Notes under the pieces: model-generated
Seen by the model: only the letters and a program-made list of their open reading frames with translations
Database searches by the model: none
What the model was told of the DNA's origin: nothing
In this document: one piece after another, positions 38,083-46,966 of the stretch
Layout: each line of letters starts with the position of its first letter
Position numbering within the stretch: the first letter of the stretch is position 1
Program-made: the position numbers and the translations under genes
Assembly: GCA_040006915.1 (NCBI GenBank)
Contig: JBDTWD010000002.1
Location: forward strand, 42,613 to 106,612
Source of the DNA: Candidatus Woesebacteria bacterium
GTDB taxonomy: Bacteria > Patescibacteriota > Microgenomatia > UBA1400 > UBA12028
Length of the DNA stretch: 64,000 nt
Direction: 5' to 3'

Positions 38083-39789
38083 ATGTTGATTCTCATTATT
38101 TTTGCATTCTTAGCTGGAATTGTCACAGTCTTATCTCCTTGTATCTTGCCTGTTCTCCCAATCGTTTTATCTGGAAGTTTAACTGGCGGTAAAAAACGGC
38201 CTTTAGGGATCGTTACTGGGTTTATTATCAGTTTTACCTTCTTTACTTTGCTTCTTTCTGCAATTGTGAAAGCCACTGGTATCTCATCTGAAGTATTACG
38301 TACCGTCTCCATTATCGTCATTGGATTATTTGGCGTCAGCCTCCTAGTTCCCCAAACTCAAATTCTTCTTGAAAAATTGTTCGCTAAAATCTCCGGCTTG
38401 GCTCCTCGATCAACAGGACAAGAAGGTTTTGGCAGTGGCGTGATCATTGGCTTAAGCCTGGGATTACTGTGGACTCCCTGTGTTGGTCCTATCCTTGCAT
38501 CAGTAATCACTTTAGCACTTACCGGCTCAACCAATGCCTCTGCCTTCTTTATCACCTTTGCCTATTCATTGGGGACTGGTCTTCCGATGTTAGCTATCAC
38601 CTACGGTGGACGACAATTGTTACAACGTGTCCCTTGGCTTCTGCGGAATACTGCCACGATTCAAAAAGCGTTTGGCGTATTAATGATTGCCATGGCAATT
38701 GCGCTCTATGCCAATATCGATCGCAAGTTCCAAACTATTATTTTGACCACCTTCCCTAACTATGGAACAGGATTAACAGCAATTGAAAACAATCCTTTAG
38801 TACAAAAAGAATTGGGGAATTTGGGAGCAAATCCAGGGGCGGTTCCGAGCAACTTGTCCGATCAAGGGGCGATTCCGAATCCGACTTTTTCGGGAGGTGG
38901 TACGTGGATTAACTCTGAACCACTTAATTTCAATACAAATTTAAAAGGCAAAGTCGTTCTCGTTGATTTCTGGACTTACAGTTGTATTAACTGTATTCGA
39001 ACACTTCCCTACCTAAAAGATTGGTATGCCAAATACAAAGACAAAGGATTTGTCATCATTGGAGTTCATTCACCTGAATTCGAATTTGAAAAAAATACAG
39101 AGAATGTAACCATGGCTGTGAAAGATTTTGGGATTGAATATCCGGTCGTTCAAGACAATGATCTCCTCATTTGGAACTCATATCAAAATCAATACTGGCC
39201 GGCGCACTACTTAGTTGATAGTCGTGGACACTTACGTGACACCCATTTTGGAGAAGGCGCATATGCAGAAACAGAACGAAACATTCAAGCACTCTTAAAA
39301 GAGGCAGGAGATACATCACTCCCTGAAGTTACTACCAAAGATCCTGCTAGTGGATTGCAATTACGATTAGGAGATCAAATGACTCCGGAAACATATTTAG
39401 GATCAATGAGAGCTCAAAGCTATACTTCTACTGAAAATCCAGACGTTCCATCAATGCAAACGATGTACGACTTTACTGGAACTCTAGAGAACGACAAAGT
39501 CGGGATACGAGGAAAATGGAGCATAGAAGATGAACGAATTACTTCAAACAGTGACTCGAGCACCTTGAGTTTAAACTTCAATGCGGGAAAAGTGTATTTA
39601 GTTTTAGGTGGCAAGAGCAACAAACCAGTGACGATCAAACTTGATGGGAATCGGATAGAGCCTGATATTACTGTAACGATGGACAAAAAATATGATGTGG
39701 TGGATTTGGGTGACAAACCTGGTCGCCATACAGTAGAACTCACCGTTCCATCCGGTATTTCTGCGTACGCCTTTACATTTGGAGAGTGA
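38083..39789 (+). CDS. dipZ: DipZ-type CcdA/TlpA thioredoxin fusion
   Basis: CcdA cysteines SPCILP and WTPCVGP; DFWTYSCINC; GVHSPEF; TPETYLG; AYAFTFG. Confidence 0.92.
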   Translation: MLILIIFAFLAGIVTVLSPCILPVLPIVLSGSLTGGKKRPLGIVTGFIISFTFFTLLLSAIVKATGISSEVLRTVSIIVIGLFGVSLLVPQTQILLEKLFAKISGLAPRSTGQEGFGSGVIIGLSLGLLWTPCVGPILASVITLALTGSTNASAFFITFAYSLGTGLPMLAITYGGRQLLQRVPWLLRNTATIQKAFGVLMIAMAIALYANIDRKFQTIILTTFPNYGTGLTAIENNPLVQKELGNLGANPGAVPSNLSDQGAIPNPTFSGGGTWINSEPLNFNTNLKGKVVLVDFWTYSCINCIRTLPYLKDWYAKYKDKGFVIIGVHSPEFEFEKNTENVTMAVKDFGIEYPVVQDNDLLIWNSYQNQYWPAHYLVDSRGHLRDTHFGEGAYAETERNIQALLKEAGDTSLPEVTTKDPASGLQLRLGDQMTPETYLGSMRAQSYTSTENPDVPSMQTMYDFTGTLENDKVGIRGKWSIEDERITSNSDSSTLSLNFNAGKVYLVLGGKSNKPVTIKLDGNRIEPDITVTMDKKYDVVDLGDKPGRHTVELTVPSGISAYAFTFGE

Positions 39790-40324
39790 CAATTTTCCCT
39801 GATACGCTTGCAGGTAACTTTGCTGTTTCTTCTGGAGTCAGAAATCCTTGAGGGACAAAAATCTTAACCGCTTTTGCCAGTGGAACGGTATGATTTACTG
39901 TTGCCACTCCTGACATCGGTTGATAGATCGATTGACCGGCATAGATTTTAGAACGAATCTCAATAGCACTACCAATATTCGTTGCATCGAGTTGCGCACT
40001 CACTGCAACATCATGCTGTAACTTCTCATATTGCTCCGAACCTTCAATTACCCAAGTTGGTGACAATGTTTCACTGTCAAATACGGCAAAAAACAGAGAA
40101 TCTTGATCCGATGAGAGTGCAGACAGTGCATCGAATACAAATACACCTTGCGCACCTTTATCTGCCGTTTGCACCAGAAATTCTCCATCTGTAAGTAAAA
40201 TGTTTTTATTTGTATCAGCATGGATGACCCACTTGCGTGGTTTGATCGCTTTAAAATCGGGAGCGACTGGAATATCTACTCCGGCTTGCAGAAGTAGCGG
40301 GGTAAGGTTTTGAATCAGCGACAT
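39773..40324 (-). CDS. Hypothetical protein
   Basis: SD AAGGA; 183-aa ORF. Confidence 0.6.
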   Translation of the reverse strand: MSLIQNLTPLLLQAGVDIPVAPDFKAIKPRKWVIHADTNKNILLTDGEFLVQTADKGAQGVFVFDALSALSSDQDSLFFAVFDSETLSPTWVIEGSEQYEKLQHDVAVSAQLDATNIGSAIEIRSKIYAGQSIYQPMSGVATVNHTVPLAKAVKIFVPQGFLTPEETAKLPASVSGKIVTLQM

Positions 40325-40373
40325 AGTTTTGTCCTTTTATAGTATCACTACTGGTACAATTACCAACTAAACC

Positions 40374-40730
40374 ATGACAGAGCTTAATCTGCAAGAAATA
40401 GAAAATAGTTTTAAACAAGAACTTCGAATCAGTATTATGGATGATCCAGAATTTGCTGGGTTACTTTTGGAGTCCCTGATCACCGGATATCTCTCTTCAG
40501 AATCCATCGCAGCCTTGCGATTTTTTGTTTGGACTAAAACTATGAATCCCGAAAGACGCTATAGCGACTGGATACGACCAGCAGAAATTATTTTAAACCC
40601 TGGAAGTATTACTTTTAAAGGTGAAATAGAAGACCATGTATGGGATGGTATTCCCACTAATTTGATATATCTGTGGATTCAGGAAGTTGTATCAGAATAT
40701 ATACCTCCCCACCAAAGATATATTCAATAA
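40374..40730 (+). CDS. Hypothetical protein
   Basis: TACAAT upstream; followed by a hairpin. Confidence 0.6.
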   Translation: MTELNLQEIENSFKQELRISIMDDPEFAGLLLESLITGYLSSESIAALRFFVWTKTMNPERRYSDWIRPAEIILNPGSITFKGEIEDHVWDGIPTNLIYLWIQEVVSEYIPPHQRYIQ

Positions 40731-40738
40731 AAGAGAGC

Positions 40739-40760
40739 GGCCGGGTTTTTAAACCCGGCC
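40739..40760. terminator. Hairpin between convergent genes
   Basis: GGCCGGGTTT-TT-AAACCCGGCC. Confidence 0.6.
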
Positions 40761-40787
40761 ATTTGAGAAGAAATGTACTTGCAGTAA

Positions 40788-41000
40788 TTACATTTGGCGC
40801 AGTTTTTTGCGTTCTTTAGGGGGCAGGGTTACAGTTTTTCCCTCCTTATAAAAGAGAGTTGCATCAGTTGCCTGTGTCAGGGAATCGACTTCGACACTCA
40901 GCTCGCACCCCATTGGCAAAGGAACTGGAGTGTTTTTAGCAACCCCAACGCCATAGCCTGTAGCACGCTCCTGCACCAAAACCTTGATCATTGCCGCCAT
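40788..41000 (-). CDS. Small hypothetical protein (70 aa)
   Basis: SD AAGGAG; upstream TTGACT-N16-TATAAT promoter. Confidence 0.6.
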   Translation of the reverse strand: MAAMIKVLVQERATGYGVGVAKNTPVPLPMGCELSVEVDSLTQATDATLFYKEGKTVTLPPKERKKLRQM

Positions 41001-41163
41001 TTCGTTCTACTCCTTTTTCGCCCTTTTCCTCCTCTTCAACGCATAGGAATCAGATTCAGGGAGGGCAAGAAAATAGGCACGATATGCACCTAGAAGTATT
41101 ATAGTTTACTATAGGCTCAAGTCAACCATACAAATTGGTGGTAGATCAGCTACAATAAAATGT

Positions 41164-42633
41164 GTGAAAAAAATATTTTGCATCGTTCTTTTACTTCTTT
41201 GCTCTTTTATCCGTCCCCAACCGGCACTCGCAGCTGTTGCCAGTTCCCCTCATTTGGTCATAAATTTTTCCGAAATGACGCTCCTTGATTGGACTGTACC
41301 AGAGGAACAATGGCAAACTGAGCTCAGACCAAAGATCGAAGCTCAAATCAAGGAGATGAAAGCTGCGGTGATGTCCAATCAACGATCACCAGAGGGAGCT
41401 ATTCTCACTTGGTCTACTCTCATGGAGTATATGAATACTCCTATGGACGCCCCTTCAGAACATTCTCCCTATGCCATCAAGATGCGTCGGATCCTCGAAA
41501 TAGCTGAAGATTTGGATTTCCCAGTCTTTGTGCCTTTAAATGGTTTTCAGTGGTGGGATGAATTACCAGAACTGTATAACTGGTGGGACTCTGATGGAAC
41601 CCACACTGATCCCAAGTTTTTTGCTCGGCAAAAAGATCCAGCCGACTTTAAGCGTCGATTCATAGCCGGATACAATCCAGACAACAAATGGAATGTGGCT
41701 TGGCAAGATGCACAAACTCCAATGAAGTTAAATTTCCGCAACTGGGGTGGAGGGGGATTCGTGCTCGCTCCTCCACCAAATTTAACCGACAACACAAAAG
41801 CTCCTCTGAGTTACCGTAAACTGCAGTTTGAACGACAACGTGTCATCGTTCAGGAGATTGTAAAAAAACATGTCCAATGGAAAGCGGAAGGAAAAGAGTA
41901 TTTATTTGCCGGACTCACCATCGGAACAGAAATCTCTTTGAACGCTTCAGTCACTCCCAAAGACGAATTCAAATCATATGGAGGATCGGAGAAGGTTGCA
42001 GTGGTCTCTACATATTTGGAAACCAACGCACAATTTATTATGCGTTCTGGAATCCCAAAAGATTTAATTTATGCCCATGTGTTAGGAGAACAAGAAAAAA
42101 ATGATCCCCACTACAGTGGAATTGCTCCCGCAGCTTTTAATTTATATTCCAGTCCAGCCACAAGTTTGTATGGGTTTGCCGAAAATCCGCTGGCTTCTTC
42201 CGTTTGGAAAAATGTCATAGTTCAGAACGGAAATCCAAACTGGGGAGCGGTTGAATACACCTCCTCACCCACCCTTTCGGGCCTTACAACAACCTTTGCC
42301 AGCGCGCATATCGTGGATATATATAACTGGGATCAAATGAAAGGAACCAGTAGCGTTCAAACTGTTAAAACATTTTTGAAGGCCCCCGTGAAAACGGACA
42401 ACTGCGAAGTTAAAAGTTCAGTCATCCATACTCAACGCGGTTTACTCGCCAAACTTTCGAATCCCGATTTAAATCCAGGTGAATTGGGTCATGGAATCTA
42501 TGTTAGATTTACGGAAGATATCTGTGCGAATGGGAATAGAAAATACAGTGAACCAGAAACATTCTATATCCCTCTTCCCTCACCCGTTGATACGACTCCC
42601 CAATGGGTGAAATGGTTTCTTGGCCATTTCTGA
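41164..42633 (+). CDS. Secreted protein, possibly a glycoside-hydrolase-like TIM barrel
   Basis: Signal peptide (ALA-A); Trp-rich; candidate catalytic Glu in IGTEISL and WGAVEY. The fold call is an inference. Confidence 0.5.
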   Translation: MKKIFCIVLLLLCSFIRPQPALAAVASSPHLVINFSEMTLLDWTVPEEQWQTELRPKIEAQIKEMKAAVMSNQRSPEGAILTWSTLMEYMNTPMDAPSEHSPYAIKMRRILEIAEDLDFPVFVPLNGFQWWDELPELYNWWDSDGTHTDPKFFARQKDPADFKRRFIAGYNPDNKWNVAWQDAQTPMKLNFRNWGGGGFVLAPPPNLTDNTKAPLSYRKLQFERQRVIVQEIVKKHVQWKAEGKEYLFAGLTIGTEISLNASVTPKDEFKSYGGSEKVAVVSTYLETNAQFIMRSGIPKDLIYAHVLGEQEKNDPHYSGIAPAAFNLYSSPATSLYGFAENPLASSVWKNVIVQNGNPNWGAVEYTSSPTLSGLTTTFASAHIVDIYNWDQMKGTSSVQTVKTFLKAPVKTDNCEVKSSVIHTQRGLLAKLSNPDLNPGELGHGIYVRFTEDICANGNRKYSEPETFYIPLPSPVDTTPQWVKWFLGHF

Positions 42634-42669
42634 TATAATCGCCTCCAATCGCTACCTAGAGGAGAAAAT

Positions 42670-43098
42670 ATGCATGAACAAAACAACCACGAATATAGTC
42701 ATACAGGTGACCTAACTCAAGAAGAGACTGCAGCTACTGTGATTACAGGAAGTATTGAACAACTAAAAAACTTTTTGTTAAAAAACCAAAGCTATGATGC
42801 AATGGAAAGGACAATGAAAAGTTTGGTTCTGGCAATTCCGGCTCCTGAATTTGAAGCCATTCGAGAACGTCTGAAAGCAAACCAGGAAAATACTGCAGGA
42901 GCCACTATCTCAACTTGGTCCCAATGGATGGAATGGTTTAATACTTCTGGGGTTCCGACAATCCATAAAGTAAAAGATGCTCTTTTAAATGTTGCCAGGC
43001 TCCGATATCCTAACAGACCTAGAATCGGATTAATGCTGGAAGAAGAGTTCGTACAAACAGTGATCAAAATCGCTCAATCACAAGAAAAGAACAGGTAA
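42670..43098 (+). CDS. Hypothetical protein
   Basis: TATAAT and SD GAGGAG upstream. Confidence 0.65.
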   Translation: MHEQNNHEYSHTGDLTQEETAATVITGSIEQLKNFLLKNQSYDAMERTMKSLVLAIPAPEFEAIRERLKANQENTAGATISTWSQWMEWFNTSGVPTIHKVKDALLNVARLRYPNRPRIGLMLEEEFVQTVIKIAQSQEKNR

Positions 43099-43099
43099 G

Positions 43100-44716
43100 T
43101 TATTTATCATATTTTTCTTTCCACGCTTGAAAAACCTTGAGCGCAATAGGAGACGCGTTTGTACTTCCTTCCAAAAATGGGTGATCGTCTGTTGATTCAA
43201 CAAAAACTGTGATTGCCACTTTGGGTTTCTGTTTTGGATAAAACATCGTAAACCATCCGTGGGTACGTTTTTTCCCTTGCGCTAGTGTTGCTCCGAATTC
43301 TGCAGTTCCGGTTTTACAAGCGATTTTTTTCTCTTCCGGTAAAGTACTCGTGAGAGGAAAGAATGGAAAAGCAGTGCCACCGGCATTGCAAACACCAACC
43401 ATTCCCTCAATTACTTCGTCAATATATTTGGAATCAATTTGTACATCAGTACACAGCGGATCTTTGCTGAGTTTCAAAGTCAGTGGACACCAAGATCCGT
43501 GTCTAGCAAGCGTCGCTGTCATATTATTCACTTGCACGGGTGTTGCAAGTAAATACCCTTGTCCAATTCCTAAGTTATACGTGTCTCCTAAAAACCATTT
43601 ATCTCCGATTTTCTTTTCTTTCCAAGCACTATTCGGGAGCAAACCAGCAGCTTCCCCCGGAAGTTCTAATCCGGTAGATTTTCCAAAGCCAAATTGTCCG
43701 GCCATCGCATCAATCTTGTCGGGTCCCACTGACTCTGCGGTTTTGTAAAAATAAATATCGTTACTCCGAGCCAAAGCTCGCACTAATGAAATGTTACCTT
43801 CAACTTTTCCATATTGGCGCCAATACCAGTTTCCAAAAACGCTCTCCCCTGCTTTGATTTCTCCCGTATCCTCAAATTGAGTTTGAGCGGTAATTGTTCC
43901 AGCCTGTAGCGCTGCAAGCGCTACCATTGGTTTAAACGTACTTCCCGGTGGAAACGCAGTGATACTACGATTGATGAGTGGTTTCTTTTGATCAGTGAGC
44001 GCACTCGAAATTGACGCTACTGAATATGATGGACTGCTAATCAAGGTCAAAACTTGTCCACTAGGAATATCACTCACGACCACGGCTCCTGGCTCACCAG
44101 CTAATGCTACAGCTGCCACATCCGAAAGGTGTTTATCCACAGAAAGCGTAACGTCAGTTCCGGCCTGGGGATCTTCTAGCATAACGATGGACCGCTGCAT
44201 TACACCCTTAGCAGAAATTTCGATCAGCTGTGTTCCTGATTTTCCTCTCAAGATAGGTTCAAAGCTTTTCTCAACCCCTGACTTCCCCACCCGATTTTCA
44301 TAGCGTTGATCCAGAACATCTAATGAGTCGGCAAATCCAGTAAAACCAATCACATGAACCAGCGAGGCTGATACTGGGCTGTCTCGTCGTGACCGAAAAA
44401 AAACACTACTCGGACTTGCAGCTCGCACACGTAGCGCTTCCTCAGGTGAAATTTCTGGGAGTGACCAAATATCAGCAAATAATTTGGAAGCTGATCCTGT
44501 TGCTAAAAAATACTGCGGAGTATTGGCTACCAGAACATTTCCGTCTCTATCCAAAATCACTCCTCGTTTTCCCGGAACACTCACTCGAAACAATCGATTT
44601 TCATCAGCTAATTCACGATTTTGATCCCCAGAAAGCACCGTTAAATCAACGGCTCTGGCGATACACACCGCCATCGCAAAGGAATATAAAAATAACAGAA
44701 TTGACCATGGTTTCAT
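43100..44716 (-). CDS. mrdA: Penicillin-binding protein 2 (class B)
   Basis: RG.ILDRDG, GKSGVE, PGSTFK (SxxK), SND and KTGTAE motifs. Confidence 0.93.
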   Translation of the reverse strand: MKPWSILLFLYSFAMAVCIARAVDLTVLSGDQNRELADENRLFRVSVPGKRGVILDRDGNVLVANTPQYFLATGSASKLFADIWSLPEISPEEALRVRAASPSSVFFRSRRDSPVSASLVHVIGFTGFADSLDVLDQRYENRVGKSGVEKSFEPILRGKSGTQLIEISAKGVMQRSIVMLEDPQAGTDVTLSVDKHLSDVAAVALAGEPGAVVVSDIPSGQVLTLISSPSYSVASISSALTDQKKPLINRSITAFPPGSTFKPMVALAALQAGTITAQTQFEDTGEIKAGESVFGNWYWRQYGKVEGNISLVRALARSNDIYFYKTAESVGPDKIDAMAGQFGFGKSTGLELPGEAAGLLPNSAWKEKKIGDKWFLGDTYNLGIGQGYLLATPVQVNNMTATLARHGSWCPLTLKLSKDPLCTDVQIDSKYIDEVIEGMVGVCNAGGTAFPFFPLTSTLPEEKKIACKTGTAEFGATLAQGKKRTHGWFTMFYPKQKPKVAITVFVESTDDHPFLEGSTNASPIALKVFQAWKEKYDK

Positions 44717-45132
44717 ACGGATCCTATTTCAAAAACGTGGGATCTATTCAATGAGGAGCGAATGGTTAAGAAAGAGAAAAAAAGTATACATCCCAAAGCG
44801 AGTGGAGAGAAATGCGGATAGATACCATAGGCTACTACCGAAAACAAAGAAAAGAACACAATGGTTTTTACCAATCCTAACAAAGACTTGGCGTAAACGT
44901 AAGGAAACAATACGCCCGCTCCTCCAACAACGAGAAGACTCATTCCTAGTGGTAAAAAGAAGAAGAGATCTACGGCCAGACTACCCATCACAAACAGTAG
45001 TATCGGCATTGGCATCGTCAAAAACAAAAAGAATAGAGTCATCCACACGACTGCTACCCCAGTAAATAAACGCCCGATCAAAACTGCGACTATACAGAAC
45101 AAAAGGATCCGACTCAGAGAAGTAAAGGTCAT
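44713..45132 (-). CDS. MreD-like membrane protein
   Basis: Hydrophobic ORF positioned between mreC and PBP2. Confidence 0.55.
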   Translation of the reverse strand: MTFTSLSRILLFCIVAVLIGRLFTGVAVVWMTLFFLFLTMPMPILLFVMGSLAVDLFFFLPLGMSLLVVGGAGVLFPYVYAKSLLGLVKTIVFFSLFSVVAYGIYPHFSPLALGCILFFSFLTIRSSLNRSHVFEIGSV

Positions 45133-45135
45133 AGA

Positions 45136-45927
45136 TTATGGTTTTTCGGCTACTATATCTACCAGTAACGATACCTTCGAAGGTGCAAGGGCAGTCACTT
45201 CTACCTGACTGACACTATCGGACGGGCTCGTCAAAATTTTTGAGACTTTAGCAACTGGATACGATCGATCACTCGTTTTTCCATCAGGAACCGAAACCAA
45301 TGCATCATCGCTCTGAATTGATTCAATGCGAGCTGAAAATTGAACCAGAAGTTTGCCCCGCTCAAGCTGTAATAATCCTAATTCATGGCTTTGTTGATGC
45401 ATGACCAAGATTGGAACCGGTGCATCATCAATTGTTTCGACAGTACTAAACGAGCGAGAAACAGTATCGATAGTTCCAAGATAGTTGCCATCTAGCAGTA
45501 CAATCTCTCCAGTTTTGACACCCCCATCACTTCCAAGCAATACAATCCATTTCCCTTGAAACTTTGAAAGTGACGTCGAGTGCTTTTCTTCAGATTTTTT
45601 TTGTGCTGACCCGGTCGCTTGACATAACTGCTCTAGGCTTTGAATTTGGGCCTGACTAGTAACCGTTTGGGCATATAGTTGCCGATTGTATTTTTCCAAT
45701 GCTGATAGTGCCGGTAACGAACCAAGACCATTTTGAAGTCTTTGTCCAATGGCAGTTGCGTATGAGGTAAGTAAGATACTGTGGGAATCAAATTGCGATG
45801 AAAGTTGGGTGCGTGCCCGCGAGATTTTTCCTGAAAAAAAAGGGACACTGCTAACTATGCATAAAAAGAATCCTAGACAAAAATAGGTGTAGGATTGCGA
45901 ACGTAAGGTATGTAAATCTCGATTCAT
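45136..45927 (-). CDS. mreC: Rod shape-determining protein MreC
   Basis: N-terminal TM, coiled coil and G..GGVKTG.IV...G..LG.I; operon position. Confidence 0.8.
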   Translation of the reverse strand: MNRDLHTLRSQSYTYFCLGFFLCIVSSVPFFSGKISRARTQLSSQFDSHSILLTSYATAIGQRLQNGLGSLPALSALEKYNRQLYAQTVTSQAQIQSLEQLCQATGSAQKKSEEKHSTSLSKFQGKWIVLLGSDGGVKTGEIVLLDGNYLGTIDTVSRSFSTVETIDDAPVPILVMHQQSHELGLLQLERGKLLVQFSARIESIQSDDALVSVPDGKTSDRSYPVAKVSKILTSPSDSVSQVEVTALAPSKVSLLVDIVAEKP

Positions 45928-46928
45928 ACATCTTGATGCGAAATAGAGGTTGCAGCTCCTAAAACTGAAGCAATATGTGGCCTACTCACAAGTTCTGGAG
46001 TTCGTCCAAGCGCTTTGGCGAAACTAGTTTTTGCCTCAGGAATCACACTTAAGCCTCCGCTTAAAAACAGCGAAACAGGTGGATGAGTAGCGGCAATGAT
46101 TTCTTGATATGAGCGAAGACGAAAACCAACTGCAGACGAAAGCTGCGCAAAAAACTGGCTACAAACGGATGACATGTCAGCGTCCGATAGTTGGACTGAT
46201 CGCAATACCCCGGTATGAATATCCTTCCCCCGCAGTACAGCGGAGAACTGAGACTGGCTCGCTTTTGCTTTTACATACAATTCTTTTAATGGAGGCAGTG
46301 AATGCTGCGAAACAATTACCCCGTAGGTCGCATGAATATAGATTTGCAATAATTGATCTAAATCGCTTCCTCCCGCCGGGAGACAACAGGTAAAAACTTC
46401 AGTCCCTCCCGTATATAAACCTACTTGGGTTAAAGACTCACCGATTCGAATCATGACCACCGTATGTTCAGGGACAGTATTTCCCACAGCATAACGAAAC
46501 TCGCCAAATATTTGCGATACCGTGGCAATCGGTAAGAAATTGGCTTCTCGCAGAACCTGGGTAAAGATTTTCTTATATGGAGTTGGAAACTCACTGGGAA
46601 CAACAAGGACAGCAGGAATTGGGAGAATTTTCCGTTTGAACGTCGTTGAGAGTTTTTTTCGCAAACTATAGACGTACTTTACACACTTTGCTTCATCCTG
46701 CGGAATCCCACGCCAAAACAATGGACTCACATCAATGTCGAAAGACCCAGAAAAATCTAAACTGGCTGCTTTTGCACCAAACCCCATAGCTTCTCCACTG
46801 ACAAGTGAGAGAGCGATACGGGCTGGCTCATCTATCAAGGTTTTGCGACCAGAAGTCAAAATAATCGTGCGTGATGAACCAATTTTTATAATCACCGGCT
46901 GAAAGAAGGAAAAACGTGATGGAATCAT
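45924..46928 (-). CDS. Divergent MreB-like actin-fold protein
   Basis: DEP, PLFWRG, LVVPS, AGGSDLDQ, RGKDIHTG and LSGGLS motifs; heads the mreC/D/PBP2 operon. The phosphate loops are degenerate. Confidence 0.8.
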   Translation of the reverse strand: MIPSRFSFFQPVIIKIGSSRTIILTSGRKTLIDEPARIALSLVSGEAMGFGAKAASLDFSGSFDIDVSPLFWRGIPQDEAKCVKYVYSLRKKLSTTFKRKILPIPAVLVVPSEFPTPYKKIFTQVLREANFLPIATVSQIFGEFRYAVGNTVPEHTVVMIRIGESLTQVGLYTGGTEVFTCCLPAGGSDLDQLLQIYIHATYGVIVSQHSLPPLKELYVKAKASQSQFSAVLRGKDIHTGVLRSVQLSDADMSSVCSQFFAQLSSAVGFRLRSYQEIIAATHPPVSLFLSGGLSVIPEAKTSFAKALGRTPELVSRPHIASVLGAATSISHQDV

Positions 46929-46966
46929 GGCGCCCCCATCATACCAGCATCTGATATCATAGTGAA

